Of a stretch of DNA of 32,175 nt, positions 1-12,836 are shown piece by piece; the first letter of the stretch is position 1; each line of letters opens with the position of its first letter. The DNA comes from Jimgerdemannia flammicorona (Eukaryota). The translations under genes were made by a program, and so were the position numbers. Below the pieces are notes generated by a model. The model was not told the DNA's origin, did no database searches, and was given only the letters and a program-made list of their open reading frames with translations. The DNA is taken from contig RBNJ01000363.1 of the NCBI GenBank assembly GCA_003990765.1, forward strand, positions 1 through 32,175, in the 5' to 3' direction.

Positions 1-896
1 CCACATAGTAACCAGATAGCAACCAACTTGTATAAATTACCCCAGTGGCGAGAGTGAATAAAACCTCAGTCCGAAAGTTGAATACAAACCAAAGCAAAAG
101 TCAATTGTCTGGTACACTTAGGAGAAATGCCTGCCAAAAGCCACTTGATCCAGGAAGGATTGCAACACTTAGGAGATACGCCTGCCAACGAGCCACTGCC
201 AAGAAGTTGTGAGCTTGGTTCTCTTCTCTTCTACTCCGGTCCACTTTCTGATACAAAGCTGATTTTGCCGCCTAAGTTCAAGGAAGAACTTCGCCGCCTT
301 TGGAATTATTGTTATTGGTTCGCTTGCCAGATAAGCCTGAAGATTTCCGCCGCCTTTTGAATTATCCACCGTATTCCCAGTTAAGCCACCGTTTTCGAGA
401 AGTCCGCCGATTCAGGAAGAATCCGCGTCATCCGCCGCCAGCTATCCGCATTCCCAGAAAACCCACGCCATCCGAGTAGTATTCCCAGTTGAAGCCGAAA
501 CCGCGACATCCGAGTTATTCGTTATTCCCAGTGAGCCTAGGAAGAATCCACGCCATACAATTCCCAGTGAGCCAAATCGGGTTATCAGCCAGTTCGCCGC
601 ATTCCCAGTTGACCCGCATAAGGAACCCACCGTGCTACACAAAGATCGTCGTGCTACACAGAAATTGTGCCATTCCCAGTTGACCCAAGAAGGAAACCCA
701 TTCACACACAAATCGCTGCTACACCCAGAGAACCATCCCAATAAGGAAATCGCTCGCACAGTATCCAGATCTTGACTATTATACTGCTAAACACTAAGAA
801 CATTTTGTTGCTTTTAACAAAGTAACTGGGGGCTCAAGCCAAACTACATCAACCCCCAACCTTGTAATTTGCCTCTATTGAGCCGGCATGTTACAA
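1..896 (+). mobile_element. LTR of a Gypsy-type element (left end outside window; solo or 3' LTR, relatively young)
   Basis: Carries the TGTATAAAT-N16-GTGAATAAA(A)CCTCAG core (29-69) shared with the other LTRs here. Ends in ATGTTACA like the 22677 LTR, and no PBS follows. CpGs are retained, unlike the DNA after 897. Confidence 0.7.
373..686 (+). repeat. Array of ATTCCCAG(T) motifs inside the LTR
   Basis: Copies start at 373, 450, 481, 524, 560, 601 and 672; most continue as ...AGCC or ...ACCC. Confidence 0.85.
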
Positions 897-1346
897 TAGA
901 AATAGTATATATAATGATCAATATAATCAGATTATTATATTCTTATTGAGCCAAAGTTATCAATATAGTAGCATATATATGTAATTAATATATATCTTAA
1001 GTATTGAGTAAAAAATCTAGCAAAAATAATAATAAGTATTCTAGGAATAATTATGATCTTACTCTTAAAAAGTTATAGAGTAGAATGAAGTCAGACATAT
1101 TATATATATATATTTAGATATAATATATATGTATATTCTCAATAAGAGTAATATTAATCAGTATAAGTTTAAGCTGAAAGCTAGTATAGATATTCTAGTA
1201 AGGTATATCAACTTTGGGATCTATGTAAATATTATATAGTAATCTTATATGATATACAGTTTAATAAAAAAATGAAATCAGAAACTCTATATATATGTAT
1301 CTATTAGAATCTCTACTTTAATAAAGAGCCTGCCTTAATATATATA

Positions 1347-1490
1347 TCTCAAGCTATTGTAACCCCAGCAACCTCCTATGATTTGATTCTGGAAACTGAC
1401 TGGTTGCACTAAGTTAGAGTCAATGTAGATATCAAGAAGCAACTTCTGGTCTTCACCTTTTATAGACAAAAGTATAAAGTCCCAATTGAG
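1347..1490 (+). pseudogene. Aspartic protease C-terminal half (Gypsy pol relic)
   Basis: AIVTPATSYDLILETDWLH*VRVNVDIKKQ aligns with VIVTNATNYDILIGNQWLHKAKAVID of the minus-strand element. Confidence 0.75.
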
Positions 1491-2602
1491 TCAAAAGAAT
1501 TAAGAAAATCAAGTCAAGTCTCTAAGATAGAATAGTAAGGATATGGATATACACCCACTACTACTGAGAATGAAAGTGAAGTAAATTTTCTGCAAGAATT
1601 AAAAAGTGATTTTGATGTATTTAGAAACTCTAAAGGTAGCCAAGAAGACCTTTTTATTAGAGTAATTAATACTGAAAGCTTAGAAGAAAGTATTGATTAG
1701 ACTATTAGTGAAGAAGCAGTATGCAAATTTGCAAGATCATCTATACAACCACTAATACCTCTGAAGAAAAACTTAATTATGCAAGTCTTCTACCTAGGTA
1801 TGTGTGAATACTATAATTATTTCTACTCACTAAGAGATAACTGTAGTAACTGTTGAATCCTTGATCTCTAGAAGGTCTCAATACTAGTAATTGAAGATAA
1901 GAATGAGTTAAAACAAGTCCCAGTTCTTATATAAACACAACCACCTACTTCCAAAGGTTTTAAGAAGACTTATAAAGAAGAACAGAAGATCCTCTCTCAT
2001 CAACCTTTAGAGATCCTCATAGTTAAAGGCAATAATAACAATGTCTATACTATTACCCAAGCTCTTCAGATTACTCTACCCACCTATGATAAATATTAAA
2101 GGAGATACCCCACAAGTAAGGAAGTTAAACAATAAAATGAGAAATTTGTCAAGCAAGGACACTGTGATTGTGAAAAGATCTTTACCTATTATTGGTATAA
2201 ATATCAAAGTATTTACCTTAGTGATGATGTCTACAAGAGTTGAGTTAAGAGAAAGAACTCTACTCTGCAAGAATCTCAAATCTACTAGATCCATCAAAAA
2301 TATAAAGAGATCAATTATGAAGGAGATTATAAAGCCAAGAACAAGACCTCATCTAAAATCTGCCATTAGAAATTCTTACTATTATCCATTGATATTACCA
2401 ACTATACCAAGGCAAACAAGGAGTCAACCTTGCCTTCTCTTTTATAGAAGCCTTAGATCTACTTGGAAAAACTGGATTCAACTATACAAAGATCCCAAAG
2501 ACTAGAGTATATTAGCTATTCTTTAAGCCAGAATATATGGAATTATTTTCTATAGTAGCAAATACTGAGACATCATTTCTCAAGATCCAACTAATCATCT
2601 AA

Positions 2603-3001
2603 GTTAAACTACTATCACCTTGAGTACAACCTTCTCTTATACAGACAGAAGGATTAGTAGAATATAATCTCTGCCTCTCTTATCAGACAATGCTCTATCC
2701 CAAGACTACTAGAATCTTTGACCTTTAGATTACACTTGCTATACCATCTGGACACTATAGATAATTAACATTAAGGTTATCTTTGGTAGTTAAAGAAATT
2801 ATAGTAAAAGGAGGAGTTATTGACCAGAACTACCAAGGTTCTCTGAAAGTCATTATTTGCAATAATAGTAGAAACCACTGAGTCTTTAACCTCTTAGAAG
2901 CTATCTGCCAGATTCTGTTCATTAAGATATCACAGCCCACTATCTAAGAAGTGAACCAACTTAGCAGTATGAAGAGAGAATAAAGAGGCTCTGGAAGTAC
3001 T
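2603..3001 (+). pseudogene. dUTPase domain relic within Gypsy pol
   Basis: One frame with stops: ...LAIPSGHY..LRLSL..KGGVIDQNYQGSLKV..AICQILF..RE*RGSGST, i.e. dUTPase motifs II-V. Confidence 0.85.
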
Positions 3002-3469
3002 AATATAATCTCTCAACTACCTATTGAAGTCTACTTGGTAATAGTAGCTCAGTTCTGTCAAATAAAACTATATATCTATCACTCTATCTGAGTAAGAGAA
3101 GATATTCTCCTTCAATTATATCAATAAAGAAGTCTTGATATATATCTATCTATGAATACTAATAATCTGATATTTGAGCCATAAATAGAACTCTGAGAAA
3201 AGTATCACCTTCTTCTGGCTGAAGAACAAATATATGATCAGATGTCATCAATCTATATTCTTATTCAAAACCTGAGCTTTGAAGTAGTAATAATTTCCAA
3301 AGAAATAATATTGAGATATTTTGAACTACTGATAGATATCTACATACAAGGAAGAAATCTTTGAATTCTTAGAAAACAGCAAGCCCTCTCTAGTGAGACT
3401 GATAGTATCAGAGAGAAAGACTCAGTAATCAAAGCTATTAATATCAAAACAACTCTAACCAAAGATTAG

Positions 3470-4883
3470 CAATAACAGATACAGAAGTTGATAAAAGAAT
3501 ACAAAGATATATTTACTACTATGTACAGTAACTTTCCACTATATCAATATAGAGAATATATTATATATATAGGAGATACTAAACCAATTCTTCAATGCCT
3601 CTATTGAACACTATACTACCCAATTGAGTTTGAACAACAACATATAGATGAAATATTACAAAACAGAGTTATCAGACCCTCATTAAGTCCCTGGACTTTA
3701 TCAGTAATTATAGTATCAAAGAAAGGAGGATAGAGACTAGTTGTAAACTTCAGAAAACTTAACAAGATTACTATAGAAGATATCTATCTACTATCAAAAA
3801 TTGATAACCTTCTCAATATTCTTAGAAAAGTCAAGTTTGTGATCACTACTGACTAGTTTCAAGGATTCTAAGTAATATCTATTGCTAAGAATAACATCTG
3901 TAAGACAGTCTTTATTACTAGATAAAGATAGTATAATATCTCTAAATATCATTTGGACTCTACAATATACTAGTCTCATTCTAGTAAATGATAAACTATA
4001 TCTATTAAGACCTCATTAGAAGAAACATATTAATATATATAGATGATATAATTATCTACTCAGAAACATTTGAACAACACTTATGAGACTTCTACAAAGT
4101 ATTTAATATCATCTGAAATTCAGAACTCAGACTTAATACCAAGAAGTACTTCTTTGGAAAACACTAAGTTGAATATCTAGGATATGTAGTTTCAGCCCAA
4201 GGAATCCATGCTGACTCATACAAGATAGAGGAAGTCAAGAGCTATCCAATCTCTGTCTCTGTAAAGAAAGTCTTATTTTTTCTCATATTAGTATCCTACT
4301 ACTGGTAGTTTATCTTAAGATTTTCAGACAAGATAGCTCTACTATTTAATATCTCTAAGAAAGACCAGTCATTCTACTGAAAGAAAGAATAGTAGAAGTC
4401 ATTTGACCTACTCACTGAAGCCCCTATTCTAGTACAATCAGATTTTGATAAACTATTTATCTTGACAACAGATGCCTCTACTCTTAGACTTGGATTAATT
4501 CTATCTCAGCTAGATGTTCAGAAGAAAGAACATATCATTAAGTATGCTAGCAAGACCACTAATAAGATATAAGTAGACTATAAAGCCACCAAGCTGAAAT
4601 ATCTTGCAGCAGTATGAACTATTGATCACTTTAGATACTATCTCTTGGAAAAAAAATTTACCCTTATTACTGACCACTAAGCTTACAATAGCTGTTCAAT
4701 AAACCAGAGCCTTCAGGAATCTTTACTAGATGGATCATGTCTCTACAAGAATACCAGTTCACTATTATTTACAAAAAAGACATCAAGAATTCTAATATTG
4801 ATACTCTATCAAGAACCCCACAAACTCAATAAGAAGATAAGGAGCCTCCATGAGAGAAGACTGCTTCCTACTCACCCAAATGA
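3470..4883 (+). pseudogene. Reverse transcriptase + RNase H relic
   Basis: IRPSLSPW, VNFRKLNKIT, IYIDDIIIYS (~4034), LTTDAS (~4462), LITDH and NIDTLSRTP (~4795-4820). Confidence 0.9.
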
Positions 4884-7800
4884 ATTAAGAACTATGCCTT
4901 GTCCTCACCTTGAGCCTATACTATAAAAACTTTAAAAAGAGAATTCAGTCAGCTTACAAACTGTTTATTCAAAGGAATTTTAAGAAATTTTAAGAAGGTG
5001 ATAGTGAACTTTGGAGAGTAAAAGGAGATCAATACACTTAAGTCTCACAAGAAGATGAAATACAGAAGATACTCACAATAAACCATAATCAGAATATATA
5101 TTGAGGAATTAGAGCTATGTACTATTATAAGAATACTAGTATAAAAATGAGAAAATAAATTTCAACACACATTTAATAATATGATATCTGTCAAAGATAC
5201 TGATAAAAACCAATCAATAAAGTACTACTAATATCAATTGCAGCACTAGCTAGAGCCTTTCAAAGACTGGGAATAGACATCATTAGCTCTCTACTAGTAA
5301 CTAGTCAGAGAAAATGCTATATTCTCACCATTGAAGATCATCTGATGAAATGGCCTAAAGTCTTTACCATTGAGACTGCTGATGCTCAGACAATCATTGA
5401 GATCTTATATGATGAAATTTTTAGCTGCCATGGTGTCTCCAAGGAAATCATCATAGACTAAGGTTAGGAATTTTTCAACAAAGCTATGAAGACCTTCATA
5501 GCCAACTTTAAAATCAAACTGTATCTAATAATAACCTATTACCTACAAGTAAATAAACTTACTGAATAAATAAACCAGACCATCAAGCAAGGCCTCAGCA
5601 AGATTAGAGACTAATTGAATTGGGATATCTACCTATTAGCAATTCCATTTAGCATCCATACTTCAAAAGCTACTACTACCCAACAGATCTCTTTTTATTT
5701 GGTATATGGCTAAGAAGTACAAAACCCAGCTGAATCAATCTAGTTAGATTTGATAAAATAAGTTACTAAAGAGATCACCTGGTTATATGAAGTATACCAG
5801 CAAGAATAAGGATTTATTACTAAGATATAAGAATATCAGAAGAAGTACTATAACTGCAAGGCTAACCTTGAATCTCTACTCATTAGACAATAAGTCTTAG
5901 TATACCATACTATCATATATAAAATAAAACTGGAGTATCAAACTTGAACTAAAATGAGAAAAACCCTATCTTATTTACCAAAAGTTCATAAACTATACTT
6001 TTTTTTTTTTTTTTAAAAGTTACTTGGACTTCCACTTTATTATCAAACTGCCTATGATGTATTAATACAAATGAACTCCCCACCCAATCCACTATATATG
6101 TACCCACAATCCTTCAGCTGATATCTCTTAGATCTCTCTCTCTACTCTCCATCACTCCCTGCTAAAGTACTACTCAGTCACCTATCACCTAAACCCTCCC
6201 TCCACTCTTCTTGCAAATATAATTCACCAGATTCCAACAGCTCCCCCCACCTGGTCCCCACCCTCTCCACCAACCATTCAAAATGTCAAGTAATAACTAT
6301 TCCCAATATACAACCCTAGCTCTAAATATAACCTGCTGGCCCTCCTCAAAGACATGAAGCCAATGACTGGTTATCTCTACCCAAATTATCAGAGCCCACC
6401 CCAAGGTCAACCATTCATCTCTCACCCTATCCACTAGCCTTTGCTGGAGGTCCCCCCATCTTCTTCCTTCTTCCCCCACAAGGGATCTCAATCTCAATCT
6501 GCTAGAAATACTATATTAAAACTTCTCCAAAACTTCACACTCTCCTAGCAAATGTTCAGGAATTTGTACCACTCCTCCTTCCTGACAATGTTTATATATT
6601 CCTCACACTCAAACACCCTGTCTGCCACCAAGTACCCAGACTGATAGTTCAATATCACATTTCACCTCAGGAACCTCTACCAGACTACCTAGAACTTGGG
6701 GAGAAGTTACTATATCATCTGCTTGCTCCAAGACCAAATACCATTTCAGTTCCACTTCTTACCAATTCCTATCCTCTGTCATGCTTTAGACCACATGTCC
6801 CCCCCAAGCCCTCTCATACATTCCATTCCATCTCCAAGCTGAAAGTCCTCTACCAATATATCTCCTAGTAGAAGCCAGTCTTATCTCCACATCTGTAGTC
6901 TCCAGTTCTCCACCCTCTCATCACTCCTCTATCAAAGTTCAATCCTTTTAGCACTATCTACTACTCTCCACCAAAAATCTTTATAATACATCCTCCTGCT
7001 TCTATCTATGACCACTATTGCAAGCAGATCACCAGTTGCTTCATGAGGGGAATACTGGACTTTCCACACCCTCTATATAAGTGACACCTACTCTCAGTCT
7101 CACAACTCACTTGCTCTCTTCAGCCACTATGCTTGCAGACAATATAGACACTTAGTAAAGTCTACTAAGCTCAGCCTACCTCTATCAACAGGCAAAGTCA
7201 GAACTTCTCAGCCTATCTGACTCTACCACCCAGCCCAAATCCACAATCTTACTATCTTCAGAAGTCACCTGATCACCTATGTCAGGAAGTCCAGATGATA
7301 CTCTATATACTACAGCTTTGGCATCCAATACATATTCAGCACTATCATCCTTTCTGCCAAGGATATATGCTGGCCACTCTACTATAAGAGAATATTCCCC
7401 CATACTAGTAGCTACTATTCCCACTATATATGAGGCAGAAGGGATCCATATACTGAAAAGTATATCTCCAAGTACCATACCAGTTCTTCTGCTGGAACTA
7501 CTGTCCCAATCATGTTACCTCTTACTATTCTGCCATCTAGTACTAGAGTCTCACATTTGTGTCAGTTGAGTTGAGTACCTGAGCCTCTCTCATACTATTC
7601 TACAGTTCTTCTTAATTCTTCTACATTTACTAATGAACCCAGTCTAACTACCATATCATCTGCAAAAACCCCAACCTTCCAGTTAATCCCTAAAATATCC
7701 AAACCCCCAATTTGATGCCAAATCCTATCTAATAGGGACTCTAAGAAAAGGATATATAGGATGGGTGATAAAGAGTCTCCTTGTAGCACCCCACAACCTA

Positions 7801-8862
7801 GTGGAAAAGTCATACCTCTATGCCCATTTACTATCAATACTGCTTAACTGTCCTCCAATAAACTAATCAATAATCTCCTGAATGCTGGGGGAACCCCCAC
7901 ACATTTCAGCACTCTCTCCAGCCAGACCCTCCTTACTCTATCATATGCCTTCTCCTGATCTAGAAATATTAACCAACCATCCACCCCAGCTGCCCAAGCC
8001 CCTTCAATCACTCCATGAATCCAGGCAGTGCCATCTCGGATCAATCAACCACCAACAAATCCCCTCTGCTCTACTCCTAGTATCTGCTGAGCAATCCCTA
8101 CAGCCTAGTCACCAAGATCTTTGTTACCAGCTTGTGGAGCATGATCAGTTGCCAGTTCTTCCAATCTTCCCTTCTTCCCTTATCCTAATAGAGCAAGGAG
8201 ACCAGCCCTAGACACTGGTCTCTCAATCCAAGTTTCAGACCAAAGAACCTCACTATACATCACTGTCATCTCCTCCAATACTACCTCCACCCCAGCCATC
8301 TTCTTTCAAAAATCCCAAGAAAGCCCATCCTTTCCTAGAGCTGTCCCCTTACTTGTTGAAGCCAAAACCTTGCTAACTTCCTCTCTCTGTACTGAATCTC
8401 CCAGTGTCCCCAGGCCCAGTACTGGGTCCAGATACCAATTCTCCAACTGCTGTTCAATGTTCAAGACATCCACACTCTCTTCTTTCTCATTCCATAAATT
8501 CTCCCAGTGAGTCCTCAGCAATCCCAGAATCTTAGGAGTCCCTGCCACTATCTCCTCATCCTCATCCAAAATACCATCTCACTGCTATCTAGTTCTTCAA
8601 GCTTAGAGTAACTATAAAAGAAACCTAGTGGGCCTCTCTCCCTCCTCTAACTCCTGCCACCACAACCTCACTACCATCTCCTTCAGCTGAGTCTCTTTCT
8701 CTATTTGTAGCACTTTCTTAAGCTCATCTACTTTCTTTTATATCTACAGAATATACCAATTGGCCACCCCTCTTTATAAACTATACTTATCAACTTAAGA
8801 CTTTAGATAAAGTTATACTCAAGATCAAGATACACTACAACCACATAAGATCTTATTACTTA
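4880..8862 (+). pseudogene. Integrase relic (separate ORF, split by LINE 6001-8775)
   Basis: Starts ATG AAT TAA GAA CTA TGC. Contains EPFQRLGIDI, KWP and HGVSKEIIID*G*EF. The C-terminal KLELK*EKPYLI..NYTYQLKTLD..IH reads in frame once the LINE and one TSD copy are removed. Confidence 0.85.
6001..8775 (-). mobile_element. 5'-truncated, degenerate LINE (non-LTR retrotransposon, L1/Tx1-like ORF2 RT region)
   Basis: Motifs GKDGL, FLDQEKAYDRV, GVLQGDSLSPILY and FADDMVV on the - strand. Poly(A) tail appears as a T run at ~5999-6014. 13-bp TSD ATAAACTATACTT at 5988-6000 and 8776-8788. Confidence 0.92.
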
Positions 8863-9659
8863 GCAGAAGCAAAATATATTTGAACAACTCTGTTCACTCC
8901 ATCTATATCACCTCTATTAGAGAATAACAGATACTTTATATGAAACTCAAGAAAGTTAATATCATTAAAATTAATCTTAAGTCTATTTATATAATAGATA
9001 TTACTACTTGAAATTACCTTAGATTATAGAAAATATTATTTCCAAGAGAGTTGAACTCCCTATCATAACAATGAGCTCTCACTCTAGACAAGGATGGTCA
9101 GTCCTTACAAATGTGCCAATAGTCTAAAAAAAAAAAAAAACTAAGACCTATTATTTCTATATAATCATCTTTACTGAGGATAGCTCTAATTTTGCAAGAA
9201 ATAGATATGATGACATCTTAGAAACTGATGACATCAAAGTAAAGAGACTGCTTAGACTTTATAAGTCTCTAGTTACAAATTATGACTCAACTATGACTCA
9301 TCTTGATCAGAAGATAATCTGCATCTGAATTCATTATAACTTATAGTGACCTCAGCAATATATTACTCCAAATCAGGTGACCCTACTCTCTGGACCAAAG
9401 AAGAAGACCCTTAGGATATAAAAGAAGTATCAAAAAGGAGTATAAGATATTATTTATAAATAAGAAACTCACTATAAAACAAAATACCTACTATCTGCCA
9501 AATAGCAAGATCAAGGAATCACTAAGATCTATCAGTCCAATATCAGATATTATCTAATATTAAAAGAGCTATAAGAATGCATATAAGAAGGACTCCAAGT
9601 CTGAATCTCTTTATAAGAAACCCATACTACTATACTCTCAACTATTGTGAAATGGAAAC

Positions 9660-9890
9660 AAGAATCTCCACTACTACTAAGTATCTCTGGATATAGTAAG
9701 AATATAAGTTGGAATATCATCTCTGCCAAGACCTCTCACAGACCAACTCTTAAGAAATTATAGATAATATATATCTAGATAGATATAAATAGAAGTTGGC
9801 CAAGAGTCTACCAGATCTTCAGGCATATACCCTGGGTCATTTCTAACTTGAAATATGTCAAGGTTTCAGATATTTAAGAACTAACAAGTT
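9660..9890 (+). pseudogene. Relic of accessory ORF3 downstream of integrase
   Basis: **EYKLEYHLCQD...KLAK/RVYQIFRHIPWVISNLKYVKVSD (one frameshift) aligns with QEYFKLGQVLNQD...IVKRIYKLFQEDESALAHLRGVTPSD at 23181-23642. Confidence 0.65.
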
Positions 9891-10336
9891 GCTCTACAGA
9901 CCATCTTAAAGAAATGATTACAGAAGAAGTCCAGTCTACTATCATAGTCAAGAGTGATGAGGTTTAAGATCTTTGGAACTCCATACTAGAAGATAACTCA
10001 GATCAGTTCCTTTAAGATCTGATTGCATTGTTTCAAGATCCTCCTCTGAGAGTCTACTATCCTCAGAATTCCACAGATGTATTCTACTTTATAGATGACA
10101 ATATTATTGATTAGAGATCTCAAGAACCAGAGTAGAGTGAACTGCTTATTTCATGAGAAGAAGACCTTAACAACCTTCTGGAGGAGTATATAAGCTCTCT
10201 TTTACTATCCACAGAACCCACTACTAATCTTAGCACAACTGTAGAGGATACAGAAAATGATTTGGCTGGACTCCCTAAAGAAAATAAAGAAGAAGATAAG
10301 GATGATATAATTCCAGTCACATTGAACTTCAAGTTA

Positions 10337-11080
10337 TATAAGGACAGCTCTATTAGCCAAATTTGAGTAAGTTAGTTAGTTGTATAAGTTAGTTAGTTAT
10401 ACAAAAAATAACTACTTATTAACTAGCCAAATTTGTTATAAACATAAGATTAGCCTTATTTAGCTAGTTAGTCACTTGATTTCCAAAAGCATACTAAATA
10501 GTATCTTCTAGTAACTATGAGTTATAACCAATTATATAGCCTTATACATAACTTGAAATTTGTATAAATATTTCCTTAACTGGTAGTGAATAAACCTCAG
10601 TCAATTAATTTGCATTACTAACTTAAGTTCTGAAAGACAAAGAAAGTCAAGTGTAAGAACTTTGGGAAAAGACTCCAAGAGTTGAAGAAATTACTCTTAC
10701 AATTACTATTACAGAAAATCATCATATTATAGAATTTAAGATATAAGACCCAGGAAATATCAGAATGCTATCAGGAAATATAGAAAAACCACAAAATGAT
10801 CACTAGCCAGAAACTCAAGAATAACTCAGTTAAAATTGCTACTATAAAGAAAACTACTATAAAAAACCACTAAGTAAAGAAATGCTACCACAGTCAGTCA
10901 AGACTACTATTATGAAATTCAAGATACTAGATCTAAGAAATATCAGAATACTATCAAAAAAATATACAGAACCTGCAAAACTCACCAGGAAACTTAGCCA
11001 AGAACACTAGGATAATCATTAGTATACCAGAATCTGTAATATATATTTTTTCACTTTTTGCCATTTTGAATATCTAGTTA
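10337..11080 (+). repeat. Probable decayed 3' LTR of the + strand Gypsy element (boundaries approximate)
   Basis: TGTATAAAT-N16-GTGAATAAACCTCAG at 10561-10600, and an internal ~70-bp direct repeat at ~10727-10797 / ~10910-10980. TG..CA termini are not clearly preserved. Confidence 0.55.
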
Positions 11081-11418
11081 TGTGACCAACAACTCATGAT
11101 ATATAAACTCCAACTTGATGTGAGAAATGTGAATAAATTAAACAGCAGTTGAACTGAACATTGAGCTAGAACATTGTTAGTAGAAGAGATAAATAGCATA
11201 TAAATAACCAGTGGTATATTGAGTTACTACATTTCTACAAACAATCTATATAAATTATATGCCAAAATATATTTATATATTTATATATCAGTTTTAGGCA
11301 CCAGCACTAACTTGTACTCTTTTGGATATTACTATAATACAGACATAATGTACAGTATCTAGTTATATCTCTTGGTCACTCATCCAAATACTTTAAGTTA
11401 TATACTTCAAGCCATACA

Positions 11419-11430
11419 CTTCAAGCTTTT

Positions 11431-11472
<42 letters not shown>

Positions 11473-11487
11473 CTTCAAGCCTTTAAT
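11419..11487 (-). mobile_element. Poly(A)-only retroposition scar: T40 flanked by ~15-bp direct repeats
   Basis: CTTCAAGCTTTTAA-(T)40-CTTCAAGCCTTTAAT; the flanking repeats differ by one C/T. Confidence 0.6.
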
Positions 11488-12733
11488 GCTCACTCATTTA
11501 TCTTCAATTTACCACTCATTCTATCACTTCCTGCCCACCCTCCATCTTCTATGTTCTTCTTCACTGCTGCTATTTTCAGCACATTATTTTCCTTTCATAT
11601 ATATAGCTGAGATGGGCTGGCCTTTATAGCCCTTTCCTTTTATAGACTTCCCGAATATGACATATACATATATTCACATATATATCTTGGTCGGATGGGC
11701 CGGTAGCATAGAGACATTGAATGCTACTTCAAAAAAACTCCCATTTTTCATGTCCTTTGCTTACATATCCAGCATCTCTCCATGCCTGCCAACAAAGATG
11801 ACATCCAAACAAAAGAGGAAAATTCCACATTGATAGACCCGAGCTATGAGTGATCTCGTTTGAGATCCCAGGTCATTGAAAATAGGAATGTCTCGGGCGC
11901 CAATATGTAAGGCGTTCCACGCCAGATTGTGGTTAGGCGTAGGGCGGAATTCTATGCGTCGTTTCATGTAATGCGCTCGTCCCTTCCGGCCCTAGCATAG
12001 TCGTGTACTATCGGCTTGCCGCTCGCGCTCTACACCCACGATTGACACCTACGCTCTTCGCGCACTCCTGTACTCTCGTAATTGATTTCATTACTACCCT
12101 CCCTCCCTACTATCATACATACAACCAATCAGGCCGGATTTCCATCGTGTATTTTTCACCCAAATATACTTGTATGAATTTGGAATCCTCTGGCATGCTT
12201 CGAAATTTCGTGTTCGGGGGCGTAGTGTAGTTTACATTTCGGCAAAACATTGATCTCCCAAAGGACGGCAATAGCCGTGGTAGTAAACATTACTAGATTT
12301 ACCATACAGACGACGAGCAACGGGAATTTCCCGGAGGACCTTCAAAGAAAAATACACAAGCAGTAGCATAGGCATATAATTACACCAAAGTGTCCTTCGC
12401 GTGAAAAATGTATGTGAGATGAGTAATGCTAAATCGGGTGTGCTGATGTAAGCTGGGTCGATGGGTTTGATGAATATGGAAGCATGCGCTTCCCAGGCCC
12501 GCCATTCGCGTAAAGCGAAGGGGCCACTTTTATTGTTCCTCACCCAAGAGGGAAGGGCGGGATGGGTTGCGTAAACTGATTGCAGGAACTAACTAAGTAT
12601 ACAGGTGTAGTCTACGAGCTTGATTGTTAAGATGCGACGCGAACTCAGTCGCTGGGGGAGACATTACATATAATGCATGCTGAAACGTTGCTAAACTAAT
12701 TGCCGCTTAGAGCTGGCATCTAGCCAGGGAAGC

Positions 12734-12836
12734 TAAGATTGCACAAAAGACGGCACGGCAGGGAACTGACACTAGGGTAAGATTGCATAAGAGACCGCAC
12801 GGCACGGAACTGACACTAGGCTAGAAAGATTGCATG
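12734..12836. repeat. 44-bp tandem repeat, ~2.3 copies
   Basis: TAAGATTGCAcAAaAGACgGCACGGCAgGGAACTGACACTAGG at 12734 and 12778, with a partial AAGATTGCAT at ~12826. Confidence 0.85.

Larger units (their letters stand above)
1340..11080 (+). mobile_element. Heavily decayed Ty3/Gypsy LTR retrotransposon (PR-dUTPase-RT-RH-IN-ORF3-LTR), interrupted by a LINE
   Basis: Manual translation through stops gives protease, dUTPase, RT (SPW, YIDD), RNase H (TDAS, ITDH) and integrase (GIDI, KWP) in Gypsy order. Almost no CpG remains. Gag and the 5' end are not recognisable. Confidence 0.9.

Noticed and set aside
373..686. CRISPR-like repeat/spacer array
   Set aside because: The repeat is only ~9-15 bp with irregular spacing, lies within a eukaryotic LTR, and no cas genes are present.
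2041..2505. 154-aa ORF
   Set aside because: A chance open frame inside the decayed pol linker, with no recognisable motifs.
11081..11380. Solo LTR delimited by TGTGACCAA..TTGGTCAC
   Set aside because: The terminal base and TSD do not fit, and TATCTAGTTAT repeats (11071, 11356) suggest a different boundary. Probably an LTR-derived relic, but I cannot delimit it.
11372..11629. ORF with a poly-Phe run
   Set aside because: Artefact of the T40 tract.
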